The notes below the pieces were generated by a model. It was not told the origin of the DNA. It ran no database searches and saw nothing but the letters and a program-made list of their open reading frames with translations. A stretch of 64,000 nt of DNA, taken from the NCBI GenBank assembly GCA_021613535.1, contig CP075492.1:2542001-2606000 (forward strand), written 5' to 3'. The translations under genes were made by a program, and so were the position numbers. The DNA is from Adineta vaga (Eukaryota > Animalia > Rotifera). Positions within the stretch are counted from its first letter, which is position 1. Every line of letters begins with the position of its first letter. Shown here in pieces: positions 37,507 to 48,583 of this stretch.

Positions 37507-37885
37507 AAAAATCCGAGCGTGCATTGTCAATCCTCACCTTCGCTATCATGCTGATACCACATCTCTCACTCTCAAGACACCGTTCCTCTTCTCTCCTATA
37601 TTCTCTTTCTCTCTTCTTAAACTTTCTATGCGTTGAAAGTGGCACTAATTGTCCACTAAGAAAATAGTAAAAACAGGAGGTTTGGCAGTTCTGCTCAAGA
37701 TGCAAACAAATTAGATAAGAATAAAACTTGCCGAAAGTGAAGCTATTCATCTCGAAAAGCCTGTGAGATTGTATCAAAACTTTTGTTCTTATTTTATTCA
37801 TATCTTACAAAATGTTTGTAATATGAAAACTAATAGAAAAAAGTAGAATTTATTGAACATATGTCATTTTGTCACTATGCTCGAG

Positions 37886-39683
37886 CTAAGTAAGTGGATC
37901 GGATGAAAGATTTATTGTAGTATTTTTCGATGTATCATCGAGTTCATTTTGTTTCGCAAGTCGAACAGCTGGTGAATCATTAAGTGTACCTTGTTTAATA
38001 GAATTATAGACATAGAGAAATGCACTAGCTAATAAAGCTATTTCAAGACATATGATAAAGAATATTTCAAGCATAAAATAACCATAACTATCAAGTATTA
38101 AACCAGTAAATATATTCCTATAAATAATCGATAAGTAAATTCTTCTTTTCTAAATAGAAATTTAAGATAAGAAATACATACATTAAAGCAAGACCAAGAT
38201 TTTGAATTGATTGCATAAATCCGTAAGCTGTACCTAACATCTTTTTAGGAACAAGAAAAGCAACCAATGGCCAAAGTGATGCAGCTAAAATTGAATAAGA
38301 TATACCCATTAAAATCAAAGGTATAACTGGATGAATAAACAGAAATGCCAGAAGAGCATGTGCAATAATTGTAATTATAATACTTCCCATTAACCAATAA
38401 AGATTTCTGCCAATTTTATCAATGACATAACCAAATATCGGAGAAAGAATACCTGACCTAAAAACAAATTATTCCATTTATTTTCTTCAATTCATATCTA
38501 TTGTTTTTATGATTATACATTAAATATACTAAACTATTACATGCATTTGACCATGCAGGTGATAATTGATATTTTGATTCAAAAAGTAATTGTGCTGAAG
38601 CAATAAATGGAAATATTGCAACATAATAAAAGACACAAATAATAAATAACAAATATAATGAACTTGGAAAATATCGAATATCTACAAACAAAATATGTAT
38701 CGATTAATAATTATTTTACATAAACATACCTCGAATATGAAATTCATCATCTAGAATAATTCAATTTATCAAATAATTAAAAAAAAAAGAAGAAATATTT
38801 CAATTTTTAATAACCTGGATCCGGTGGATTATCTTCTTGTATAACTTTTCGTCGACGAATATCTAATATCCAAAGAATAAATGCAGAAAAAAGTGCAATA
38901 ACGCATGTTATTCCAGCAATTAGAAGTGTTAGACCAATACGATGTGGACCAGTTAAATTTAAAGCAAATGATTCATATAAACGATGAATCGTATTCATAT
39001 TTATTAAGCTAACCTTTAAAAAAAACGAAAAGAAAATTTTTCACAAATCTTCATATTTTATACTGAAAAACAATGAAAAATTGATCATACAAACCACACG
39101 AGCAAATGAAAGTTGTAAACCAAAAACAAAATTTAATTGTTTTTGAAAAAACCATGAAACAGCATAAGCATTTTGTGTACTTGAAAGTGATTCACCACCG
39201 ATACCAAATATAAAACGACCAGCATTCATTAGCCAAATCAAACGAAAATAAGCACCAAGACCAAAAATAATTTGTCCAACAAGAACAAATCCACAAAATA
39301 CTGTTGCACCACGAGCTATTCCAAGCCATTTATCAATTAAAATACCACCGACAGCAGAAAGTCTTCAACGATATTTTTCTTATATAGAGATAATAGTAAA
39401 GAATTAATTTTACTTACATTACATTAGGCCATGAATACCAAGAATAAAAGGATGTAAATGTTGATGATGAAATTTTCAGATCACTTTTCATTACATCTTC
39501 TAAAGCAGCTGGATTATCATCACAATAATTCAATCCCAATGATATAAAACACATAAAAAATAGAGCAATCCATTTTAGATATGGTCCACGTGGATTTAAT
39601 AATCCATGATTATACGTTTTCTCTGATGATGATCGACGAATTAATGGAGCATGCTCACTATTATTTGAAGTCCCATCATACAT
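37886..39683 (-). CDS. MFSD1: Major facilitator superfamily domain-containing protein 1 (lysosomal transporter), ~7 exons
   Basis: YCDDNPAAL, FYSWYSWPNV, GRFIFGIGGESL..QNAYAVSWF...LNFVFGLQLSFAR, ICVFYYVAIFPF, AASLWPLVA..VP...LGTAYGFMQSIQNLGLA; N-terminal EHAPLI dileucine motif. Confidence 0.9.
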
Positions 39684-40053
39684 TTTTTTCTTTTTAACTT
39701 TAAATATTTCGAGTACAAAGAGAACAAAAGTAATGCTGATAAGATAAGTTTTAAGGATTTGTCACTTTAATTACTAATCAACTCTTTATTTTTTGAAATA
39801 CTCATTTTTTTATTCAATCATTAATAACAAAACAAAACAAAATAAAATAAAATAATAAATGACTGAGAATTACTATAATCTATTCATTGAATGTGATCTT
39901 TCAGAATTAAATAAAACTGACATCTATCATTGCATTTATTCATAGTCTAAGAGAGATATACAGGCTAATTACGTTGTTTTTATTAGTTTTTTTGTGGCCT
40001 CTTGTATCAAAGTAAAACTTTGAGAAAATAAAAATTGTGATTAATTATCTGAT

Positions 40054-40103
40054 AGTGTGGGTATGTGAGGGTTAAAAGTACAGCCTGACCCACACCCACC
40101 CTC
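40054..40103. repeat. GGGTGT palindromic element, spacer type A (reverse orientation)
   Basis: gtgtgggtatgtgaggg-ttaaaagtacagcctga-cccacacccaccctct. Confidence 0.75.
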
Positions 40104-40228
40104 TAGCAGTTTTATTGCAAATCAATCTAATATAAACTAATGATTCTATTTTCCTTTTTATTTACACTAAATGAATATTTTAAGTATTAAATTCAATACG
40201 TGTTTTTATTTATTTGCTTCATTTGTGA

Positions 40229-40597
40229 TCATAATTTTATATCAACAAATTTGCCGAATACTATGTTAAAAAACGATATGATCACTAATAATATTAACAG
40301 TGGTACTAATGTTTGCTGTCCTTGCGATGATCCATTTGTTTGAGTACTATTACGAGTACTATTGCATGAATTTTGAATACGACTATTGTCAGCAGGACAA
40401 TCTGTAGGATATTTATTAATACACGATTGTCTAGTACATGACGAACAATCTGCTACATCAATTATTGGTTGATTCACTAGAGTACAGTTAAATGTCCATA
40501 TATTATTAAGGATACAACAAGCACATCGACAATCGAAACCATTTGAAAGATTTAAACAAACCATAATGATTGCACTTACTAAAATGATTGATTTCAT
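40229..40597 (-). CDS. Small Cys-rich secreted, probably GPI/TM-anchored protein (paralogue 1)
   Basis: Signal peptide, CxCxCC...C...CSSC...C...YPTxCP...C, S/T linker, hydrophobic C-terminus. Confidence 0.8.
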   Translation of the reverse strand: MKSIILVSAIIMVCLNLSNGFDCRCACCILNNIWTFNCTLVNQPIIDVADCSSCTRQSCINKYPTDCPADNSRIQNSCNSTRNSTQTNGSSQGQQTLVPLLILLVIISFFNIVFGKFVDIKL

Positions 40598-41355
40598 TTT
40601 ATCTAAAGAGTGAACAAATAGAATTCGTATGATTTGCTAAAACAACGTATGTCACTTTAGTTTTATTCTCTGTCATAATTTAAAAACAAAATATAACCCT
40701 ATATATATATGTGGAAGAAGAACAAAAAAAGTAAAGTCAAATTTTACACGATTACTTTTATTAGGAATAGATAAAATAACGTCACTCAATTACTCACTCG
40801 TCCTTTTTCCTTTCTGTGACTAATTCTTATCAACTATGTTACAGAACAAAAAAAATGACTATAATGAGTAATTGAATGGCTGTTATTTCATCCATTTTCT
40901 GTTCCTTTTGTGTGGTATATTTGCGTAAGATAGAATTTATAACTAAGTACGTATATTTTGTTCTCGATATTGATCTGTATAGATCAAATTCTTTTTTGTA
41001 TTTATGTTAAATGCGAAATACGTTGTGGATGCAGAAACAGAAATGCTTTATCTGAATAAATGTTTGAAAAATAAGAAGCATATAAATCGTGATGATACAT
41101 TGAATATAATTATCGAATTAGAACATTTTCACACGATTGTTAAAAACAATTCTGATGAGATCCGGAAACTATTTTACTAAAAGAACCCCTTCAGACATAA
41201 ATTCTATCCTATTTGTCATATTTTCACTTCGTTTTATTTATAAAGAAGAACAATTAATCTTTTTCCTCTTCTCTTTGAATTACTATATTATACTATCTAT
41301 TCATTGTCATTGTAATTTGATCAGGATTTAGCTGGAATTGAAATCAACAAGCAAA

Positions 41356-41718
41356 CTATGAATATGGTTCACAAGACGAAATGACAAATAATATATTACG
41401 AAAGAATGTCATCATCAAGAGTATTAGCATTGCTGCCAGTTGTTGTTGTTTTTGTCCATTAGATGATCCACTTGTGTAAACACTACGACATGAACTTTTA
41501 ATAATACTGTTCACAGAAGGACATTGTGTAGGATATCTGTTGGTGCAAAATGCTCCGTTACATGAAGAGCAATCTGCTACATCCATCACTGGTTGATTAA
41601 CTTCTACACAGTTGAGTGTCGATGGATCAGTGACACAACAAACACATTGACAGCCATATCCATAGGAGAATGGTAAACACAGCATAATAATTGTGACTGC
41701 TAGAATAATTAACTTCAT
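41356..41718 (-). CDS. Small Cys-rich secreted, probably GPI/TM-anchored protein (paralogue 2)
   Basis: Same 10-Cys pattern and shared VNQPxxDVADCSSC; ATG at 41718. Confidence 0.8.
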   Translation of the reverse strand: MKLIILAVTIIMLCLPFSYGYGCQCVCCVTDPSTLNCVEVNQPVMDVADCSSCNGAFCTNRYPTQCPSVNSIIKSSCRSVYTSGSSNGQKQQQLAAMLILLMMTFFRNILFVISSCEPYS

Positions 41719-42128
41719 TTGATCTTTTATGCCGAATAATGATATCAAGTTAATTTCTTCTCATGAGATTTATAGCTGATATATATATATCAATCGAGGC
41801 CAAAAGAGTATAATGAAAAACATCACAAAGGTGTTATTATTTATTTCTTATAAGATAGAATTTCTGTTCAAATACTATATGCTTTGTTTTTTTATGGATC
41901 AAATTGCATTTAAAAAAAAATATTCATTAGAATTTATCAATAATGAAAATAGAAATGATTATTGACATTCTTACACCAGATCAAAATGAGTACAAAATAC
42001 ATGTTTCTTTTATTTCGAAAAGAAATTTGTTCATAAAGAACGAAATAGATAAGATTACGAAGCCATAATGTTCAATAATTCTATATCTTTGATAGATAAA
42101 TGTATATGTTAGTATATCGTAGACTAGA

Positions 42129-42524
42129 TTGAGGGTGGGTGTAGGTGAATACAAGAGACACACGCACACATACCCTCAAGATGTCTTCTTTTTCATAGTA
42201 CTTATCCATATCCTCAAACCCACACCCTCAAAAATTTGTACCATGCAGACTCTTATAGAATTGCTCTGATTCAGATCATATATGTGCTCATCACCATCTT
42301 GAAGGAGAGGGTAACATGTTTATACAGAAATATCACATTCAGGATTCGTTGATAATTTTCGATCTTCAGCAACTAGTTTTTTCCTACAATCACTTAATTT
42401 GATTCGAACACAACACATGCAAATAGCTTTGATCTAATATATAATAATATGTATTTTGAGAATGTATGAAAGTGTCGGTGAAGATACTTCTTCGTAATCC
42501 ATACACATACACCCACACCCTCAA
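42129..42524. repeat. Cluster of GGGTGT palindromic elements and half-elements
   Basis: ttgagggtgggtgtaggtg...cacataccctcaagatg (42129-42184); acccacaccctcaa (~42231); ccatcttgaagg (~42294); acacccacaccctcaa (~42524). Confidence 0.75.
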
Positions 42525-43167
42525 ATAAGTTTGAATGAGTTCAAAGTATAACAGAAACAATGCAAAAAAAAGAACAAAAGCTTATTCCAAAAATAAATAA
42601 AGCTTCTGACGATGCGAATTCGAGTCCAGAAAAAAATGAGTTTGAACATCCTTACATCTACATGGTCTTCAAGATGATAATATTCACTTCTTGAGAAGAA
42701 TGCACAAGTCAACTTATCTAAAATGACGTCAAGTTGACAGTGCTTTCCGATAGAAAAGATGAATATAAAATAATGTATAAACCTTTTTTGGAAACATCAT
42801 TTTTTACATTAGTATTTCTTCGAAATGACAGAATATCCATTTAATGTTCTAAAAGTAATCTGTCTTCACAATTATAGATTATGAACTTTGTATCGTGGCA
42901 CAATAAACTAAATGAAAAAAAGACACAGTTATAAAAAGTTCTTGAAGCAAATGAATTTTCTGTTTCACTATTATAAAAAAAACAACTGGGGTGAATGAAT
43001 AGATATGAACTATATTGAGATCTCATTAAAATATCGCACTTGAATAAATCAGAAACTTCATTTATTCAACGTCACACTAGTTAAATACGTTTTCCTTTTA
43101 CTTACTTTTTTCTCTCAAAATTATAAACACAAATATATTCTTGTCTTTTGCATCACAATCAGCAGTA

Positions 43168-44085
43168 ATGACAATTGACAATAACTCTATGACAACAAAC
43201 ATCGAATCATGGTTTATTCCTTTCGATATTTTCATGATTGTGTGTAGTATTTTTGCCATTGTTCTAGCTATGTTATTTTTAATCATTATTATTCTTGATA
43301 AAACATGTCATACAGTATCAATGATGCTCGTTGCAAATTCATGTTTAGTCGAACTCGTATTTGGAAGTATTACGCTTAGCATGGCTACATTCACACTTCA
43401 AAATGATATCAAACAAATCCAATATGAAGATTCACTTTGTGTTTTTCGAGGTTTCATGGGTTATGTTGTGGCTGCTCTACAGTTTTATTCTTATTTACTT
43501 CAAGCTATCTATCGATATATCATAGTTATTTATCCCACTCAATTATTCTGGCAATCAGTTCGATTTCAAGTTTTACTTATGAGTATTACATGGATATTTG
43601 GCTTTGTCTGTCCACTACCATATATACTCACTCATGAAATCATGTACAATGTCGATAATCAATTCTGTCAAATGCCTTTTCGACTGACTTTTTTAATAGT
43701 TTACAATGCACTTTATGTCTGTGTGATTCCCGTGTTCCTCACAATCTTAATCTATTTCAGATTGGTTCGACATGTGAGAGAAATAAGTAAACATGTAACA
43801 CCTGCTAATAGTTTATTGCGTGCACATCGAGAATTGAAGATGGTTCGACGTATCGTTATTCTTGTCTTTGGCGTTGTTACACTTGGTTTTCCTTATGTAT
43901 TGTTTACTTTTATATCATTTTTCACTACTCCACCAAAGTATCATTTTCGTATTGCTTATATATTTGCTGATGCATCAATGGCATTTGTAATGATTGCTCT
44001 ATTTCAATTTACAGATCCACTAAAAAAGTCTATAAAGAAGATAATTAATGGGCGATCAGCTATGGTAATACCAACGATGACGTAA
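43168..44085 (+). CDS. Orphan rhodopsin-family GPCR, intronless
   Basis: 7 TM segments, LQAIYRY, RELKMVRRIVILV, FQFTDPLK; likely ATG at 43168. Confidence 0.85.
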   Translation: MTIDNNSMTTNIESWFIPFDIFMIVCSIFAIVLAMLFLIIIILDKTCHTVSMMLVANSCLVELVFGSITLSMATFTLQNDIKQIQYEDSLCVFRGFMGYVVAALQFYSYLLQAIYRYIIVIYPTQLFWQSVRFQVLLMSITWIFGFVCPLPYILTHEIMYNVDNQFCQMPFRLTFLIVYNALYVCVIPVFLTILIYFRLVRHVREISKHVTPANSLLRAHRELKMVRRIVILVFGVVTLGFPYVLFTFISFFTTPPKYHFRIAYIFADASMAFVMIALFQFTDPLKKSIKKIINGRSAMVIPTMT

Positions 44086-44299
44086 ATAGTTAAATCTTAA
44101 TTTGTGAGAAGAACATATGAAACAAATTTTAATGTCGTATCGTTTGGTGACGTAAGTACCATTAAGAACTTGTTTAACATACATTTAATATACAAAACTT
44201 GATAAAGATTCTGGATATTTACATCAGTGTTCCAAGTATACACATATTACTGTTGAATTCAAGCAACACAACTCTATGAATAATTGGAGTAGTAAATTA

Positions 44300-44640
44300 A
44301 TAAATCAATCAAGAGTGCACAATTGCCACTCTCTTCTTTGTGCATCGGAAATTGCATACAACTAATAAAGACCATTTGGAATATTTATCAAGGAACATTA
44401 AATTTACTTAATAAAACGGTTGAATGGAATTCCTTCACCCCATCATCACTTTTATCTTACTCGATCGTTTTCAACGCAAAGAATTTCGTGATAACGAAGA
44501 ATATTTTCATGACTTACGCAACAACAATATATTGGCGTTTTGAAGTTATTTATGAATTTGAGTCTGTAATTAATAAAAGTACCTTTGATATTGAATTAAA
44601 TAGTGGTTCACAGAATATTCAACAAAACAAATATTGTTGA
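44300..44640 (+). pseudogene. Fragment of a polycystin/REJ-like protein
   Basis: SLCIGNC....WNIYQG...YWRFEVIYEF....S.FDIELN; no start or continuation. Confidence 0.4.
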
Positions 44641-44810
44641 CGAAAAAAAACAGGTAAGTATATGTATATATGTATATTGAATACTCAAAATGTTAAGTCA
44701 TAACACTTTGATCACAGGAACACATTTTAGGTTAATTTTATTTGATAAATCAATTAATATAGAACATTCTCACTCACATCTACCCTCGTTTTCTTATGAA
44801 ATCATAGATA

Positions 44811-45557
44811 TTAAATGGAATCTCGAAGAGAAAATAATGGTTCAGTTTCTTTTAATTGTATTATATGAATATCTTCGGATGGTTGAGATTGATTAACAAC
44901 TGTAAACTGAGTTGCTGGTAATAATAAAACTTCATTTTCATCAGAATACATTGAATGGTGTCGGATATTTTTTGCATTTTGACATTCAATAATAAAAATT
45001 GTACGTATTCCTGTTTTGCCTAATACTGTATCTTGTTCTAATACATCGAGTTTTGACGTACATGATGAAAAAGCCCACCATACAAATGTCTTGCCTACAG
45101 GATAGACATCACTTAAATTGAGTTTAGCTCCACGAAACAATGTACGATCGTTTGATGGAGGTAGTTTAGCGAGACCTGTTAAAATCAATTTTAAATAAAG
45201 TAACCATGGTTTTAATAAAGCTCTTTTTTCTTTACGAAGAGTAGAATTGAAAATATAATAGAGACTTTCTTGGTGTTTAGGCCATTCCATGGTATATAAC
45301 ATAATAGAAGTTGATTCATCTGATGTCAATTGATCTGCAGGAGATTGTGAATTAAGTTTAGCAAGCCATGCTTTACGTTTTATATCTGGGACAATTGAAA
45401 TCAATGGAATAATAGATTCTTCTAATGATACCAATGGTTTTTCTTCGTAACCTTCGATAGGTAATAACATTTTATCAGGTTCTTGGTTCATATCAGAAAT
45501 ACGTTGAACATTAATGGATTCATTATCAGTACTATTGGCATTACTCGATGATGACAT
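44811..45557 (-). CDS. Stand-alone NAD:arginine mono-ADP-ribosyltransferase (ARTC, R-S-ExE), 248 aa
   Basis: LLPIEGYEEKPLVSLEE, LTSDESTSIMLYTMEW, TLFRG, WWAFSSCT, ENEVLLLPATQF; ATG at 45557; no signal peptide. Confidence 0.9.
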   Translation of the reverse strand: MSSSSNANSTDNESINVQRISDMNQEPDKMLLPIEGYEEKPLVSLEESIIPLISIVPDIKRKAWLAKLNSQSPADQLTSDESTSIMLYTMEWPKHQESLYYIFNSTLRKEKRALLKPWLLYLKLILTGLAKLPPSNDRTLFRGAKLNLSDVYPVGKTFVWWAFSSCTSKLDVLEQDTVLGKTGIRTIFIIECQNAKNIRHHSMYSDENEVLLLPATQFTVVNQSQPSEDIHIIQLKETEPLFSLRDSI

Positions 45558-46309
45558 AGTAGTCTCTAAAACAGAAGATGTGATGAACGAATTTTTACCG
45601 ATAATCACGTCGAATTCTTGAAGTACAAACTTTTAGAATTTAAGTATTAAATTGAAAACATCTACTCTATTGAATAAGAGATACGAATATAAATACTGAG
45701 TACAGCGCTTTTCAGTATTTTGATGCTATAAAATTATTATTATTCATCAGATGATTTAAAGAAAGATTTTCTTCAAAATGATAAGCACAAGAAAACTCGA
45801 CAGGATAGTCTGATTTTAAAAGTTTTAAAAAGCTTTTGTGCTATTAAAATTAAATGTCTCTAAAACCATTCGGAAACAACATTGATTTTGGCTTAATGTA
45901 TAAACGTTTTTTGTTTGTTGAACTTAATACAAAGCTAAATATTTTAATTTTATTAGGATTAGCTCAAACATATATGAATACATACACAATATATTGAAGA
46001 TATAGCAGAATTTTTACAGAAAAAGAATAAAGATTACCATTAAACTGCTTTCAAAATCGCAATGAAACGTAGTTCTCAAAGACAGCTACTAGAACTATTG
46101 CATTTCAAATTCTTTAGATAATTTGAAACAAATTCTATTGAACATAAAGGTGATACTTTAATTTTTAGTCTTTTAATCGTTCTAACTGGCTTAGTGATAT
46201 TCAAAAGACTATCTGTAACTTATGACACATGAAAATCTAAGAAATGAGCAAATGTGAAAAAGTTTTCCCCTTTAAACTTTTTTGTTAAAGCAAACTGTAA
46301 GTTTTACGT

Positions 46310-47332
46310 CTAGTTCAAAACATTCAAGACGACATCAAACCGTGTGTCATATATTCTCTGTTTTATCATTCTCTTCATACCTGATATATTATGAATCAAA
46401 GTAGCTTGATTCGTTTGATCAGCTGGCAAAAGTTCTAGCATATCATCGGACTGCAGAATGTACTCTAAGATATTTTCACCGTCTTCAAGTTGTCGACCAC
46501 CAAAAACTAATCGCTGTTGACCAGGTGGAATACCCTCCTTATCTTGAATTCTTGCTTTCACATTTTCTGTAGTATCACTTGGTTCTACTTCTAATCCAAA
46601 AGTCTTTCCAGTTACTGTTTTTACAAGGATTCGTATGCTGCCATACATCCTAAGTACGAGATGCAATGGGCGTTCCGTTAGATTATTGTCGTCTGACAGA
46701 GTTCGATCGTCCTCAAGTCTTCGACTAGCAAAAACTAATCGCTGTTGATCAGTTGGAATATCCTCCTTATCTTGAATTTTCTCTTTCACATTTTCGACAG
46801 TACCCTCTGGATTTACTCCCAATGTAATAGTCTTCCCAGTTATTGTTTTAACAAAATTAAAAAAGCCATGACGCAATCTTGGAATGAGATGCAATGTGTA
46901 TTCACCACATTCTCTAATATTATAATCTAATAAAGTTCGACTATCTTCAAGTTCTCGACCAGTATAAATCAATCTCTGTTGATTCGTTGGAATACCTTGC
47001 TGTTTGTAAATCGCTTCTTTAACGTTTTCAATAGTATCTTCTTGGTATACTATCAAGCTAAAATCATTTCCTGACTGTGTTTTAATAAACAAACAGCAGT
47101 GTGGGCGCCAGACAAGCCAACGTGCGTGATGTAACATGCTTTCATTTTGAATATTGTAGTCTAATAGAGTTGAACCGTCTTCAAGTCGTCGACCACCAAA
47201 AACGAATTGCTGTTGATCAGGTGGAATACCCTCCTTATCTTGTATTATCTCTTTCACGTTTTTTATAGTAAAACATGGCTCTACTTCTATTGTAATAGTT
47301 TTCCCAGTTATTGTTTTAACAAAGATTTGCAT
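46310..47332 (-). CDS. Divergent tetra-ubiquitin-like protein with C-terminal extension
   Basis: Four ubiquitin units ([19 protein letters not shown]...[11 protein letters not shown]...LED); none ends in LRGG. Confidence 0.9.
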   Translation of the reverse strand: MQIFVKTITGKTITIEVEPCFTIKNVKEIIQDKEGIPPDQQQFVFGGRRLEDGSTLLDYNIQNESMLHHARWLVWRPHCCLFIKTQSGNDFSLIVYQEDTIENVKEAIYKQQGIPTNQQRLIYTGRELEDSRTLLDYNIRECGEYTLHLIPRLRHGFFNFVKTITGKTITLGVNPEGTVENVKEKIQDKEDIPTDQQRLVFASRRLEDDRTLSDDNNLTERPLHLVLRMYGSIRILVKTVTGKTFGLEVEPSDTTENVKARIQDKEGIPPGQQRLVFGGRQLEDGENILEYILQSDDMLELLPADQTNQATLIHNISGMKRMIKQRIYDTRFDVVLNVLN

Positions 47333-47416
47333 ACCGCGATAAACTAAACAAACTATAAATATAATGCTATACGTGTTGTCAAATGACAGGCGTTTAAGAT
47401 GTTAAGATCTATCAAT

Positions 47417-47590
47417 GGGTGAGGGTGTGGGTTTGGATGGGGACAGGTGTATTCGTTGTTCAAACTCTTGCATGGGAGGAGTGGGAAGCAGGTGCCGCAG
47501 CACCTAACAACATTTTTTAGGTGCTGAGATTCTGGTGGCATGTGACTCACATTTGTCCCTGTGAGACAGCACCTACTCAGCATCCACCCA
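47417..47590. repeat. Long variant of the palindromic element with a GC-rich interior
   Basis: Left arm gggtgagggtgtgggt, right arm catccacccaac; internal hairpin cagcacctaa...ttaggtgctg (47498-47526). Confidence 0.5.
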
Positions 47591-48476
47591 ACATCGATCG
47601 GATTTTTCAGATACTCAGATGTTCGCACTTTCCCGTTTGAACTATTACTATCTCATTTGGTGCAACACATCTTTAACTATGAAATATTATTATAAAGGAT
47701 TTAGATTCGGGTTAAATTTGGTTTCAAATAACTTAAATCTTATTGTTTTAGTATGATAAAGTAATTCATCAATATCTCTGTTTTTGTCGTATGAAAATTT
47801 AATATTCCTTTACAGGATCTTTGAAACGTAATTACTGTTTTGAACATATATAAATAGAAGTAAATATTCAAACCACAATCTGAATTCCGAATACAAAGCC
47901 AAATCCAAATTTCAAATCTAAAGGACTAATGCAAACCTATTCTCAAATTTAGGATACATACACAAAACTAAATTCGAATCGAAATCTTTTTTGAGGTGTT
48001 GCTTCCCTACATTTATCTAACCCGCTCCTGCGCATATAATCACATTTTATACTGCGTGTTTTCGTAATAGTGCTCATATCATGATCATATTTTTACCTAC
48101 ACATACATGTACATTACTTTACCTTCGCTATAATCGAGTATGATTTATGGCATTCTTTTTAGAAGTTGGAAAGAATTAGTCGTTAAAATTTTACCAACTA
48201 CGCCAACCTTCCATTACAGCACATATTCTGCGCAAATAAAAGCAAATACATTATTTTTCTCTCTAAAGAACGAAGTACAGAGAGAGCAAATAGAACAGAT
48301 ATGATTCATAGAATGCTTCGCTTTCGTACACATTAGAATCCTGCAAACCGGCCGGGTACCCGGCACCCGACCGGACCCGGACCGGCAACTAGTGGCATCA
48401 TCGAATTTGTAGCTTTATAATCTGGTACCATTAATATATAAAAAGGAAAAGAAGGAGTCAAAATAAATCTAATAAT

Positions 48477-48535
48477 GAGAGTGTAGGTGTTACACAGACA
48501 TAGTACTCACACCCACCCACCCACACCCTCAAGAT
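48477..48535. repeat. GGGTGT palindromic element
   Basis: gagagtgtaggtgt-tacacagacatagtactc-acacccacccacccacaccctcaagat, ~50 bp past the AAA stop. Confidence 0.75.
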
Positions 48536-48583
48536 ATTATTATTTTTTCGCAACGAATAAATGTAAAAATTCATGTTTAAAAA

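Noticed and set aside
46310-47332. Canonical polyubiquitin gene
   Set aside because: The units are divergent from each other and lack LRGG, so they cannot yield free ubiquitin.
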